Notes under the pieces: model-generated | What the model was told of the DNA's origin: nothing | Database searches by the model: none | Seen by the model: the letters and a program-made list of their open reading frames with translations, nothing else | Assembly (NCBI GenBank): GCA_002794465.1 | Contig: MTSL01000014.1 | Span: 57,610-89,609, forward strand | Direction: 5' to 3' | Length of the DNA stretch: 32,000 bases | Origin: Paramicrosporidium saccamoebae KSL3 | Lineage: Eukaryota; Fungi; Cryptomycota | Program-made: the position numbers and the translations under genes | In this document: piece after piece, positions 7,405 to 17,790 of the stretch | Position numbering within the stretch: position 1 is the first letter of the stretch | Layout of the letters: each line of letters opens with the position of its first letter

Positions 7405-10400
7405 ATGTCAAAGTTGCCTTATTCAGTGCTGTCCGAGGCAACGGAAATGCTGGACAGGACACTTTCCCAGTTTACAGAAGCAGTTGTCAATCATGAATGG
7501 ACCGTCGTGTCCTTGGCTGTTGAAAGATTACAAGAGTATTGCCACTATTGTTGCTGACTCTAGATTTGTACACTTGAAATTCAAGCTCGAAGAATCTGTG
7601 CTCGTAAAGTTTGTGTATATCCTTTATGGACTATCAACAGTCGACCCATTCCCATGTCCGGCTCTGCGTGGAAAAGTGGCCTCTCTCCTTACTGTCATTT
7701 TGAAAAAATACAAACGAGCGCTGTTGAAAAGTGATCTGCAGCTTGACTTTTATCCTCTCTTCAAACTTGTTGACAGAATCCTCTTTCCTTCTCGGAGAAT
7801 TCCTGCAAGTATCCCAGATTCAGAGACTGTAAAGGCTCTTATTGGGCTGGCCCTAAAGGCGAGAAAATGGTTTACAGACTCTGCTACTTTGCATCTTGTC
7901 AATGCAGTAAGTAATGACCTAACCCCGCTCGATAGAGATCGGATGACACGTCCCCTGTGTCTATTGTCCATATTCCTGCCATCTAAAGGCGTTTCTGACC
8001 CGGCGATCCTCAGACTCCTTCACCCAAACTCGCCAGCATGGACTGCCAACTGTAAACGATTTGAGGTGCTTCTTCTCAGCATCCTCGCCCGTCTCTCAAA
8101 AAATCACGAGTCATTTGAATGGGCCGATTCTCTTGGCTTTTACTTTGGCCTCATTTCGCGACACTTGAAGATTCCTCAACCAGAAGGAAATCTGCATGAT
8201 TCCGAGAGGATTCTTTATCGATTCAAGACCTCTTTGGGAGTAGTCAAGGGTCAACTTGCGGGTGCGCCAAAATTGTTTGCCAAATTTCTGACTTTTGCTG
8301 TTGTTAATGACCCCAAGGTGCTGGCAAAGTTTTGCACGTTTCTCTCTGGATTAGACTCTTATTGTCATCCGTCAAATACAGGGAGTTGGACGGAACAAGT
8401 TTCAAATTTCCTGACAAATAGTGCATATTACATGGCCAGAATTGTCTCAACAAGCTCGACAATATGTATCAATCTGCGTCAAAAGTATGCCGAAGCCATG
8501 TGGCAGGGCGTTAGGAAGCTGGCATTTTCCAAAAACCCGTTTGTAGTACTCAGCGCCTCGAACACGGCCCGTCACTTGTTATACATATGTCCAGGTGTTG
8601 TACTTGCGGATCTTATCTCGACGTCCGCCGCAACTTTGACAACTTATTGTGAGGTATCGTCTTTTATTACTCCATCTTACAATTTAGCCTCATCGGACCC
8701 TATCCTGTCTCAGTTTGCTTGCAAGATCGTCAAGACTTCACTTGGAATCACCTGGTGGACTGGAAATTAATCTACTGTCTATACTGCCTGCTTGCGTAGC
8801 AGGACTGGACTACAACGATCCCTTCAAGACTGCCACTACACTGAACCTGTTCGCAAGTGCATTATCTTGTCTGCCTCTGGCCACTCTGGATGACTCGACT
8901 GCCGACGTGTATTTTGAAGAGTTGGTTGTGGCTATTCTGGACCAATCATTTTTGTACATTGAAAGCCTTTGGTCCAACAATCTTGAGGATCCAGCTGATG
9001 CACCCCTTGACAAAAGTATCTCAAAGGGATTCGAACATGTCTGGAGCCTATTATTTTCGCAAATGCCTGAGCCATTGTGGGAACTGGCCATTGAAAAGGT
9101 TGGGCACTTTATCTCAGAAGCCCAAAGCCCTGGATGTGCCACACTTGCTGGGCGATTGCTAAGATCTTGCAAAGGATCGTTTCCAGAAAAGGCCATCAGC
9201 CTGCTGCTACCTAATATATTGAGCAAGACATTTGAACTTGCTCGCAGCGGCGCAGGATCGGATGCTCGACAATCGGACACTGGTTGTACCACTTTGATCT
9301 GGCATCTCTCGTGTCTCAAAGGTCTGTTCCGATACTCCTCCTCAGCCTTAATTCCGTATACAAAGGAACTGTATGAGCTGGTCGTGCTTTTGGCTAAGTT
9401 ACGACAAGCCAACTGCTGCCGTCTGGCCGGGAAGATTATCAAAGCCTGCATTCGCAGTTGGGCAGATTGGTATCCCCAAAGCGTTGCCTGGGACGGGACA
9501 ATTGAGAGACTCGGACTGGCCATTTTGCCCATTCCCATGTCCTCTCTGTCTCCTAAATGGCACGAGCCTTCTGAAGTGGAGATTAACAGCTGCAGGGATA
9601 TGCTGCATATCCTCTACGATGCTTTGTGCCCATTGTCATGTTATAGTCACGAAAGCCTTCGGGCAGAGCTCGAGATTCTCAAGGCCTGCACCGAGGCCAT
9701 GAGCATGTTGAATTTGGAATTTGTGAATATGCCAAGGGATATTGTTTCAGAGTGTCTTGAAATAGCGGCGGATCAATCAAGTCCAGTAGATTTGAGAAAG
9801 TCGGCCCTCTCAGTACACCAATAATTTGCGACTGTTAATCTCTAGGTAATTGGCAGTATCGCGGGATATCATGGAACATCAAGTCGACATTTGCGAGAAG
9901 TGAAGCGTTCCTTGGCAGTATGGTTGGCGCTGATGCGAAATTACCCTAAGCAAAAGGAGCTGCCTCCCGTTTTGCTGACGGCAAAGTGCGCAGCGGTTCA
10001 TCGACAATGGCGGTATTTAAAGATCAAGGCCAGTTGCCCCTTGACACAATTCACTGAGGCTGTGGTGAAACCATTGACAGGATTGTGTTTGGACTCTTTT
10101 AGCCCGATACGCCAAACTGCTCAGAATTTGGTGTTTGAGCTGTTGGCTGATAATCCCAGTGCACTGATCAGTTGGATATTTGACGAGTTGGTACCTCGGG
10201 CCACGGCCTCGACAGAAGAATCCGTTTTGAAGGGAGTTGCATATATTCTGAGATCTGGATTGGAATTAATGACTTGCGACATGATAAGATGCGAGCGAGT
10301 GTTTGAACTCGGTCTCTCCTTTCTCAATCGTAAGGATGTTGCCAAGATTACAGGATTATCAGAGTTGGTTGGGAGACTGTTGAGTGACATTTGTGCGCAG

Positions 10401-12248
10401 CTTCATTCAGAAATAAGTATAGGCGAAACATGGAACGACATTATCCAATTGATGAATTGTAAATGGACCGCTAAATGTTACAGTATCTCGATTATCGAGT
10501 TGGTTAAAAAGTATGTGACCATTTACATGGATGAATCGTCAAGCTGGAAGTCTCAACTTTTGTGTACATTGTTTGTGGGAATACTCGCAGAGATAGCCGA
10601 CTGTCCACAGACACTAGCGGAGGCATCAGTGTTCTTTCTGAAATGTATGGAATCTGAAATAGCTCAAGTAAGGTCCATAGCTGTCAATAGAGGAATCAGT
10701 ATCCTCCATCGCTACTACCGGATCTCAAGACAGATTCCCCTTCAAATGGACATTGACGAAATTGATGCCCATGACTTTGGATTCGAGCCCGCTCCTATTA
10801 TGACCGACTGTAAAGTATCCCCACTGATTCCCGACTTTCTCCTGACGTTCACAAAGTGGATATGCCAGGAAGGACACAATGCAGAGGCCGTTCCTTCATT
10901 TCGCCCGGATTGCTCCGAACTGTTTCAATGTCTGGCAGAACTTGTCGGCCCCGATCTGTGGAATTACGCCATTCTGGCCATGAGTAAGCAAGTCAACACG
11001 ACAAGCCTTTCCTACCAGCGCGCTTACACCGAGGTCCTGGCCGGTGCCATCCGTGGTGTGGCTCTGACTAGCCGCATCACCGAGGGTACTGCCCTAACAA
11101 TGTCACGAGAGCTGCTGCGACAAATGTCAGTGTGTGGGATCGATTCTTCGCCGTATTGGTATGAATCATCTCGCTTCATGAGTGATTCTTTGAATTCAGA
11201 ACGAATGGAACTCTTGATGGCTCCGTTTGTCAAAGAGTTTTTGAAGGACAGCAAAGATCATACTACACCAAGCGTCATGCTGGCCATTCAGATGAAATAT
11301 CTTTCTGGATATCTGCGCGGCTGTCCCACATCAGATATTGTTGATAGGATAACTCCCACCTGTATAACCCTTTTGGGGAACCCGTATGATGCGGTTAGAA
11401 GAAATGCCGCCGTGCTATTGACAGTAATATTGACGGTCCGAAAGAACGTTGAATTTATGATAGGCGATGGAATTCCCGAGTACAAGTCAAAGTTAATCTT
11501 GTTCGAATTACTGTCTTTGGATCCCCAAAGGACATTAATGTGGGAGAGCATGGCGACAATTGTTCCATTGATCGTTACCATTCATCGTAGTCCCGAAGCA
11601 GAGCTACAAAATGAAGCCCGGAGAGTGCTGCGGGTGTTGGCATGGACACCACTCCTACCAAATGAAGAGACATTTAAAAAAGTGTTTATCAGTGCCGCGA
11701 GTTGTGCCAAGGACACTGATCGCTCCTCCGCTTGTCGAAAGCTGGCCTTGGAATTCCTGAAGCTGTTCTACTCGAGAAACTTTATGATAGGTGCGCACTT
11801 TGCTAAAGAACTTGCTGAGGATTTAATGCCCCTCTTGTCTGATGACAATGCCAATGTCCGCATCGCAACATCCGAAGTGCTCTCTTCCATTTTTTATTCC
11901 GTCGAAAGTCTATCCCAAGAGAGTAGCAGCCTTGCGGAACGCTCTCTCCGACTTTACCTCTCAACAATCAAATCCACCACCGTCTCCTCCCGTCATGGTG
12001 CCGTTCTGGCAGCCTCTGCGCTGATCCTGTCCTGTCCATACACAATCCCCACATGGATGCCGCGTCTGCTGACTGCGCTGACCCCATTCATTAGCGATCG
12101 CTATCCTATACACGAAACGGCAAAGCATGTGTTTACAGAATTTAAGAGAACACATGGTGACACTTGGAAGGAGGAACGCGAAAAGTTTACAGAGGAGGAA
12201 TTGGACGCGATCAGCGAGTTATTACTCGCCCCATCCTACTACGCATGA
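7405..12248 (+). CDS. BLM10: Proteasome activator Blm10/PA200 (PSME4), 4 exons (7405..7535, 7564..8653, 8688..9812, 9846..12248; ~1582 aa)
   Basis: Motifs: LDSYCHPSNTGSWT, GLDYNDPFKT, RHGAVLAASALILSCPYTIPTWMP, FKRTHGDTW and the diagnostic C-terminal HbYX motif YYA. Three introns join the four reading frames. Start could be the upstream in-frame ATG at 7339. Confidence 0.92.
7536..7563 (+). other. Spliceosomal intron, 28 nt (BLM10 intron 1)
   Basis: GTATTG...GCTGACTCTAG with a CTGAC branch site. Joins ERLQ-E-FVHLKF in frame. Confidence 0.85.
8654..8687 (+). other. Spliceosomal intron, 34 nt (BLM10 intron 2)
   Basis: GTATCG...CTTACAATTTAG. Restores the conserved E|PHR motif. Confidence 0.88.
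9813..9845 (+). other. Spliceosomal intron, 33 nt (BLM10 intron 3)
   Basis: GTACAC...GTTAATCTCTAG. Contains the in-frame TAA that ends ORF 8715..9824, and removal joins it to the 9891 frame. Confidence 0.8.
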
Positions 12249-12259
12249 GGGGGGGGGGG
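12249..12259 (+). repeat. G11 homopolymer immediately after the BLM10 stop codon
   Basis: TGA followed by 11 G, seen directly. Confidence 0.9.
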
Positions 12260-12509
12260 TAGGCATACCTGCAGATATTTCCGCTCTTATTCTTACTGGA
12301 GACGATCAGTTTAATACAATCTACTATTGTGAGCAAGAGTGTATCACCAGAGATAAAGAGTCTGTTAAGCAGCACCCACTCATTATTGGTGACCCAACGC
12401 AGACATTTATGCAATTCCACACTCTCTAAGGGAGACATCTCTCGTTTCACTTTCGGCCTCATAACCCCAGTCTTATAAGTGTAAACAAAAGACTATTGGC
12501 GCCAGGGTC

Positions 12510-13121
12510 ATGAGTATTCTATGGAAGAGTCATGTTCGGCGTGTATTGAGACCTAGTTTTATTTCTGTTCTGTCATATAGCACCAAATCTGATCCAAACA
12601 CGATCCTGCGCATCGGCCAGAATACAGAGCATTTGCAAAAAGAGACCCGTCTGTTCTTTGACCCACGTCACACTCCGCTACAGATAGAACGACTTTTCCA
12701 GGACGAAGTGGAACTGCGGATACAAAATTCACCGACAGATGTTCTGCTTAGTGTGCACGGAGAGCAAATGTACAGGCGCGTGTATCGTACACTGAGGTGG
12801 ACGTTGCTTCTTTGGTATGGTCTACGACACCGCAAATTGACTGTGGAAGTGCGTGGTTCGCCGAACACCGCCGAACCGGACATTTTAAAGCTCAAATGGC
12901 GAGTGGAAGGAAACTATCGGTGGACTGGAAGACAGGTCACTCTCTTATCTGGATATTCCTATTATCACTTTGACGCTACCGGCCAAGTCAAGCTGCATGT
13001 AGTGGATCGAATGGTGCCGCCAGCAGTACGAGGGAGCTGGCTGTGGTGGTATCTCGATCGACTCATAACACCACCGGCACCCAAACCTCTCGTGAACACT
13101 GCAGAGCCTAAACAAGATTAA
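12510..13121 (+). CDS. C6orf136-like / DUF2358 (NTF2/SnoaL-like fold) protein, probably mitochondrial (203 aa)
   Basis: Arg/Ser-rich, acid-free N-terminus. LKWRVEG and SGYSYYHFDATGQVKLHVVDRMVP resemble the family pattern recalled as RWRLVG...AYSTFYLNSSGLICRHRLDKLMP. Assignment is from memory, not a search. Confidence 0.65.
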   Translation: MSILWKSHVRRVLRPSFISVLSYSTKSDPNTILRIGQNTEHLQKETRLFFDPRHTPLQIERLFQDEVELRIQNSPTDVLLSVHGEQMYRRVYRTLRWTLLLWYGLRHRKLTVEVRGSPNTAEPDILKLKWRVEGNYRWTGRQVTLLSGYSYYHFDATGQVKLHVVDRMVPPAVRGSWLWWYLDRLITPPAPKPLVNTAEPKQD

Positions 13122-13149
13122 CTACTGCTATGAATGTTGGTATGTAGTA

Positions 13150-13188
13150 GATGTGGATGTGGGTGTGGGTGTGGATGTGGATGTGGGT
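13150..13188. repeat. Hexamer microsatellite (GRTGTG)6.5
   Basis: gatgtg gatgtg ggtgtg ggtgtg gatgtg gatgtg ggt. Confidence 0.9.
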
Positions 13189-13467
13189 ATGAAGGCTGAT
13201 GTTACTCCTTAGCCATGAAACCGCTAGTGTTGCTTGTCAAATGGGGTTAGCCTCTATTGAATCACAAAGGATTCAATGATGCAATAAATTCAAAGGCTAC
13301 AGTAAAGATTCTTGTCATTTCTAATCGATGGGTCTTCTTGCCTAACAAGACCATGCAAAAAGGCCCTATAAATTACCAGGGACTACCACGGTAAACAACG
13401 GGAAAGCGGAGCAAGTCTTTGGCAGTAATTCTTTGTAGCTTGCATCTGTAAATCTATCGTCACAACA

Positions 13468-13953
13468 ATGCAGCGAGCTATCCATATCTATGGGATAAGG
13501 ATAACGGTGATTCGCCAGAATAGCAATTTGAATTTACTCCGACGTCGTTTCAGTATGAGCTCTGATGAACGTTCCAAACACCAGGAGGAAGCCAGCAAAA
13601 GAATGGACACTGCTCAATATAACATTTGCTTCAACTCGAGCACAGAACGGCCTTTTACCGGTGCATATTGGAATCACAAGGGTAATGGGCATTACGATTG
13701 CGCCGTCTGTGGTGAGCGCCTGTTCGACTCGCAAGTGAAATTTGACAGTGGTACAGGATGGCCGTCGTTTTGGGATGCAGAAGGGAATATAGCAAAAGTG
13801 GTAGACAAGACACTAGGTATGACGAGGACTGAAGTAAAGTGTGGCAAATGTGGGTGTCACTTGGGGCATGTTTTTGAGGATGGCCCGCAGCCGACTGGAT
13901 TTCGTTATTGTATCAACAGTGCATCATTGGATTTTAAAGAGAGGAAACAATAA
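13468..13953 (+). CDS. MSRB: Peptide methionine-R-sulfoxide reductase MsrB (Zn-binding type)
   Basis: TERPFTG, CAVC and CGKC zinc ligands, KFDSGTGWPSF, HLGHVFEDGP and catalytic RYCINS. A second in-frame ATG lies at 13555. Confidence 0.95.
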   Translation: MQRAIHIYGIRITVIRQNSNLNLLRRRFSMSSDERSKHQEEASKRMDTAQYNICFNSSTERPFTGAYWNHKGNGHYDCAVCGERLFDSQVKFDSGTGWPSFWDAEGNIAKVVDKTLGMTRTEVKCGKCGCHLGHVFEDGPQPTGFRYCINSASLDFKERKQ

Positions 13954-14086
13954 TAATGTCTGGAAGAGGTAGTAAAATGAACCAGAGGTTTACAAAACCC
14001 TATAATCTCGCAATGAGACAATAACAAATTGCGACACCACCACCCGCAGGACAATAAACATTTATGTAACAATTCATGTAATGATT

Positions 14087-14683
14087 CTAGGAAGTCTCGG
14101 CCACTGTTGCTGCGAGGGAATCCAAGTCGGTAGTGTCCTTGTCAAAGCGAGCAAGTTTCTCCAGCACCTGCTCCTTTGTTCCCTCATAAATCTTCTCAAT
14201 GGCATGCTCGAGGGCCACTCTTCCTTTTTGTGCGTTTGCACAAAACCTGCTTACGCAAAACTCTTCCATTGCATTCCTTAGATGCGTCCATCCTGTGACG
14301 CTTTTGATCCGCGCCTCCTGTCGCATCACTGTTCCCTCGCCCTCGGCTCCATACACACACGTCTCCTCCACCACAATCAGATTACAAAATGTCAAATTCC
14401 GAGACCGGAGGGTCAGGGTGCGTCCCGACGGGTCAACCTCAGAGCGCTCGTAAAAGAGCGAAGAATCCTCACCACCAAAGAGACGGGACAGAAATGCGGG
14501 CACATTTTGACGACATGTGAGGAGACGTTCCGTGTGGAGGACGCCGGTGGGTGAGACATGGCGAGAAAGATAGTCGACGTGGACGACGTGCGGTGCATGG
14601 CCGTTGGGATATTTCATCCAATTTGCGATGCTGACCCGGTCCCATGGATGTTTAAATGTGTGTTCCGTAGAGAATATCTTCAT
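14087..14683 (-). CDS. UPS2: PRELI/MSF1-family mitochondrial intermembrane lipid-transfer protein, Ups2/PRELID3 type (198 aa)
   Basis: HPWDRVSIANWMKYPN, TERLLTCRQNVP and LTLRSRNLTF closely follow the Ups2 pattern. Confidence 0.88.
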   Translation of the reverse strand: MKIFSTEHTFKHPWDRVSIANWMKYPNGHAPHVVHVDYLSRHVSPTGVLHTERLLTCRQNVPAFLSRLFGGEDSSLFYERSEVDPSGRTLTLRSRNLTFCNLIVVEETCVYGAEGEGTVMRQEARIKSVTGWTHLRNAMEEFCVSRFCANAQKGRVALEHAIEKIYEGTKEQVLEKLARFDKDTTDLDSLAATVAETS

Positions 14684-14784
14684 TAGGTCGTAATCCCCTG
14701 TCCGCGTTAACGTCCGCTAATGTGTCTCGTTGCCAAGTTTGTCGAAAACAAATTCTATTTATCTATCCACATTCTAAAACTGAT

Positions 14785-16443
14785 CTAAGCCTTTGCCCGA
14801 CGTGTGCGACGAGAGGACAAGGTTTCTGCTTCGGTCGTAGATGATCCACTACTTGTAGACTCGCCTCCGCTTCCCGAAGAGGGTCCGTAATACAGATTGA
14901 GCAATTTCCTCTTCCTCCCATACTCCTTCTTGATAGTCATTAGCTCCTTCTCCAGCGCCACAATATTATCGCGTCTTGTGCGCTTGGTTGCGTCCGAGAC
15001 GGTAAACTGGAACTTGGGCGGTCTTTCTACCAAATCGTCAATGTTGGGGACCCGCAGGTCTACCAACTTTAGCAATTCGCTCTTGAACGGCGCTGGTGGC
15101 TTGGGAGGGGAATACGTGTGCAAGTTCAAACTGTTCAAAAATCTTGGCTTCCGGGGCGGTACATAATCCAAAAGGCTCTCGTCCTCCAGCTTCTGCATCT
15201 CCGCCTTTACTGTGGCAAAGGTTGTCCCGCCCACACTCTCGCGTTCCATAAAACGATCTCTTCCCCGAGTCCTTCTCACCGACGGCACCCCCGCCGGAGA
15301 TTCTTCCCTCTGTGGCGTAAATGTGGCGTATTCGTCTTCAGAATCCGGTCGACTCTTTTTTGGCGTCTTGATGCGCTCGCTCTCCCGAGAAGGAAAAGGG
15401 AGTGGATCGCCGATAATGTGATTCGACTTTGAGGAGCGTGTGGGTTGTGGATTGAAGAGTTTCTCGGGATTTCCGACCTCTGTAGGGAGGAGTTTGGAGA
15501 GAACCGGCTCGGGCATCCACTCGTCGTGACTGTTTGACCAACCATTGTAGTGCACATAGTACACATTTTTAGCATTTCTCCATCGACATTTCACCACTTT
15601 GGCATAAAAAACTTGTCCCTCATAGTTTGAGGATACAATTCTAACATACTCTCCCACACCATACTTTGGCTCCATCCCCATCGGTCTCCTCTCATTAAAG
15701 TCGCAATGCTCCAATTCGTACAAATACAAGTGTTTCTTGTAATTCGTCCTAGTATTGTAGGAGGCACTGGTGGACATTGTGGGGATTCCCAGCTCCTGAT
15801 AGACCGTCTTCCATTCCTGCTTCTTGGTCACCTCGTCCATCCCGCCGCGTCCGATTACAATCTGATATAACAGATGCAAATCAAGTTCCTGGTATCCCAG
15901 ATGCGGCACCTTTGTAATCGGCTGTCCGATGTGAGTCATAAACGAATACAATTCATGGAGAAACTGGCCCTTTACAGTACCATCTGGTTTGGGGATTTCC
16001 AGAGGAGGAGGAGTAGACGGACGAGAGTTGGAGGGAAGGACAGAGAGGTGATTATCGTGGTCACGCATAAAATGCTCACTGGATTTTGGTGGACGTCCGC
16101 GACGACGCGGTTGCACAGCTTGCGGCTGTTGGAAATTTTGTGAATGTTGATTGTGAACAGGCTGATATTCGTCCTTCCTGCCTCCATCTTTATCAACCTT
16201 TTCGGCGTTTTCGTCATCTTTTTCTCCCTCTGTTTCATTGTCTCTTTCTTCCTCAGTCCCATCGTTTTTTTCTTCATCCGTTCCATCATCTTCCTCCTCA
16301 TATGTCTCTTCATCCTTATCACTTTCTTCGTCTCCATCTGTCCTTTCACCACTATCCTCATTCTCATCCTCCCTTACATTCTGTTCCTCATTCTCTCTCA
16401 TACTCCTCTCCTCGCTCTCCTCCTTGATATCCATTGTGCTCAT
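14785..16443 (-). CDS. ARID-domain + chromo-barrel (Tudor-knot) chromatin protein with AT-hook, ARID4-like (~552 aa)
   Basis: Acidic N-terminus and AT-hook RRRGRPPK. ARID: FLHELYSFM..IGQPITKVP.LGYQELDLHLLYQIV..RGG..EVT...EW...Y.ELG. Chromo barrel: YAKVV...YYVHYNGWSNSHDEWM. The ORF-track start at 16455 is TTG, and the first ATG is at 16443. Confidence 0.88.
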   Translation of the reverse strand: MSTMDIKEESEERSMRENEEQNVREDENEDSGERTDGDEESDKDEETYEEEDDGTDEEKNDGTEEERDNETEGEKDDENAEKVDKDGGRKDEYQPVHNQHSQNFQQPQAVQPRRRGRPPKSSEHFMRDHDNHLSVLPSNSRPSTPPPLEIPKPDGTVKGQFLHELYSFMTHIGQPITKVPHLGYQELDLHLLYQIVIGRGGMDEVTKKQEWKTVYQELGIPTMSTSASYNTRTNYKKHLYLYELEHCDFNERRPMGMEPKYGVGEYVRIVSSNYEGQVFYAKVVKCRWRNAKNVYYVHYNGWSNSHDEWMPEPVLSKLLPTEVGNPEKLFNPQPTRSSKSNHIIGDPLPFPSRESERIKTPKKSRPDSEDEYATFTPQREESPAGVPSVRRTRGRDRFMERESVGGTTFATVKAEMQKLEDESLLDYVPPRKPRFLNSLNLHTYSPPKPPAPFKSELLKLVDLRVPNIDDLVERPPKFQFTVSDATKRTRRDNIVALEKELMTIKKEYGRKRKLLNLYYGPSSGSGGESTSSGSSTTEAETLSSRRTRRAKA

Positions 16444-16608
16444 TAACCCAACCAAATTGCAACTCTTGTAATAAACAGTATCCTAGCAACTGTATCCAAA
16501 ATCAGTTCTAGCAGTCTAACGGTGGGAGGAACGACAATTTTAAAATTCCCTATTGCGGAAGCCCTGGCAATATTGATTCAATCGGAACCGTCCAAACACC
16601 ACAAACCC

Positions 16609-17645
16609 ATGGTACACCCAAGACACGTTCGCTGGACAATTACTATAGTTTGACGACGTTTTTGGAGGCGAGCAATGGCAAATGGAAGACGTGCAAGGCG
16701 GGAGTCTCTTTGAAGAAACCTATCAATGTCTCTCTGCGTCGGCACTCCCGGCCGGCACCCTTCGCGACACGGTCGAGTATGGCAACAAAAGTACCTAAAC
16801 ACGCAAAACTAACTGTAGTCGTCATGCCGGCGTCTGCCTTGGACCGCTTGTCACGATTGAATATTGTCTACCCAATGATGTTCAGAGTGCGGGGCGAGGG
16901 AAACCAAAATTCCACGTTTTGTGGCGTTCTAGAGTTTAGCGCTCAGGAGGGCGTTGTTTATCTTCCTCCGTGGATGTTAAAGACCCTACGCATTGCGTCT
17001 GGCGATTTGGTAAATCTGACCAATGTCGCATTGTCAGTTGGTACGTACATAAAGATTCAGCCGCAGTCGGTCGATTTCCTCGACATTACCGATCCGCGAG
17101 CCGTCCTGGAACATTCGTTACGCAACTTTGCAACTCTCACCGTTGGTGATTGCGTAGCCGTCAATTATAACACAAAGATATACGAGCTTTTAGTGCTGGA
17201 AGTCAAGCCCAATGATGGGCGGGGCAGTATCTCAGTTCTGGAGACGGATTTGCAGGTCGAATTTGCTGCACCGCTGGGCTATGAGGAGCCACAAGCACGG
17301 CCAAAGAGCGAAAAGAGCATTGCCAGTTCGTTAGATGTAAACGCACAGCTGTCCACGTCTGCCGTGTCCTCATCAAATGCTTCAGCATTTATGCCATTTT
17401 CGGGATCGGCTCAGCGATTAAGCAACCGACCCAAACAGATTAGAGATGACGTTTCGGATTCAGCCCCAAGCACTGCAAGCACAACAGCATCTACTTCCAG
17501 TACTGCGCCTGCACCACTGGCGTTGCCCAAGGGAACTTTGTTTTTTGGAGGCGCCACCAAGAAACCTACCCCAACTACTCAAAATCCAGAATCGACCACC
17601 CATAAATTTAATGCATTTAGCGGCCAAGGTCGAAAGCTTCAATAA
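16609..17645 (+). CDS. UFD1: Ubiquitin fusion degradation protein Ufd1 (Cdc48 cofactor), 3 exons (16609..16611, 16649..16790, 16819..17645; ~323 aa)
   Basis: Spliced N-terminus MFDDVFGG...FEETYQC...YGNKIVMPASALDRLSRLNIVYPMMF. Also TFCGVLEFSAQEG, PQSVDFLDITDPRAVLE and SHP-box-like FNAFSGQGRKL. Confidence 0.93.
16612..16648 (+). other. Probable spliceosomal intron, 37 nt (UFD1 intron 1, directly after the start ATG)
   Basis: GTACAC...ATTACTATAG. The downstream frame is otherwise closed by TAG at 16646..16648, and splicing yields the Ufd1-typical MF start. Confidence 0.65.
16791..16818 (+). other. Spliceosomal intron, 28 nt (UFD1 intron 2)
   Basis: GTACCT...ACTAACTGTAG with a CTAAC branch site. 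Restores GNK-I-VMP. Confidence 0.9.
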
Positions 17646-17790
17646 ATGTGTCTGTAATAAAATATCCGCTAGCCATTCATTGGTGACCTCAACCCAGCAT
17701 CAAGTGGCCTCAATTCAGGGTACACCCCCCCCATGATTTTTGCCCAAGCTTTAACAGTACCATTACAACCCAAATGCATCAAGTTTATTA

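Noticed and set aside
13150-13277. His-rich peptide from the (CACAYC)n strand, and an 8-bp hairpin ATTGAATC-N6-GATTCAAT (13256..13277) as a possible ncRNA
   Set aside because: The His-rich frame has no ATG after an upstream stop. A single short hairpin with no snRNA, snoRNA or tRNA consensus is insufficient.
13507-13553. Possible intron in the MsrB N-terminal extension
   Set aside because: GTG donor, 47 nt, and removal shifts the frame into an immediate stop.
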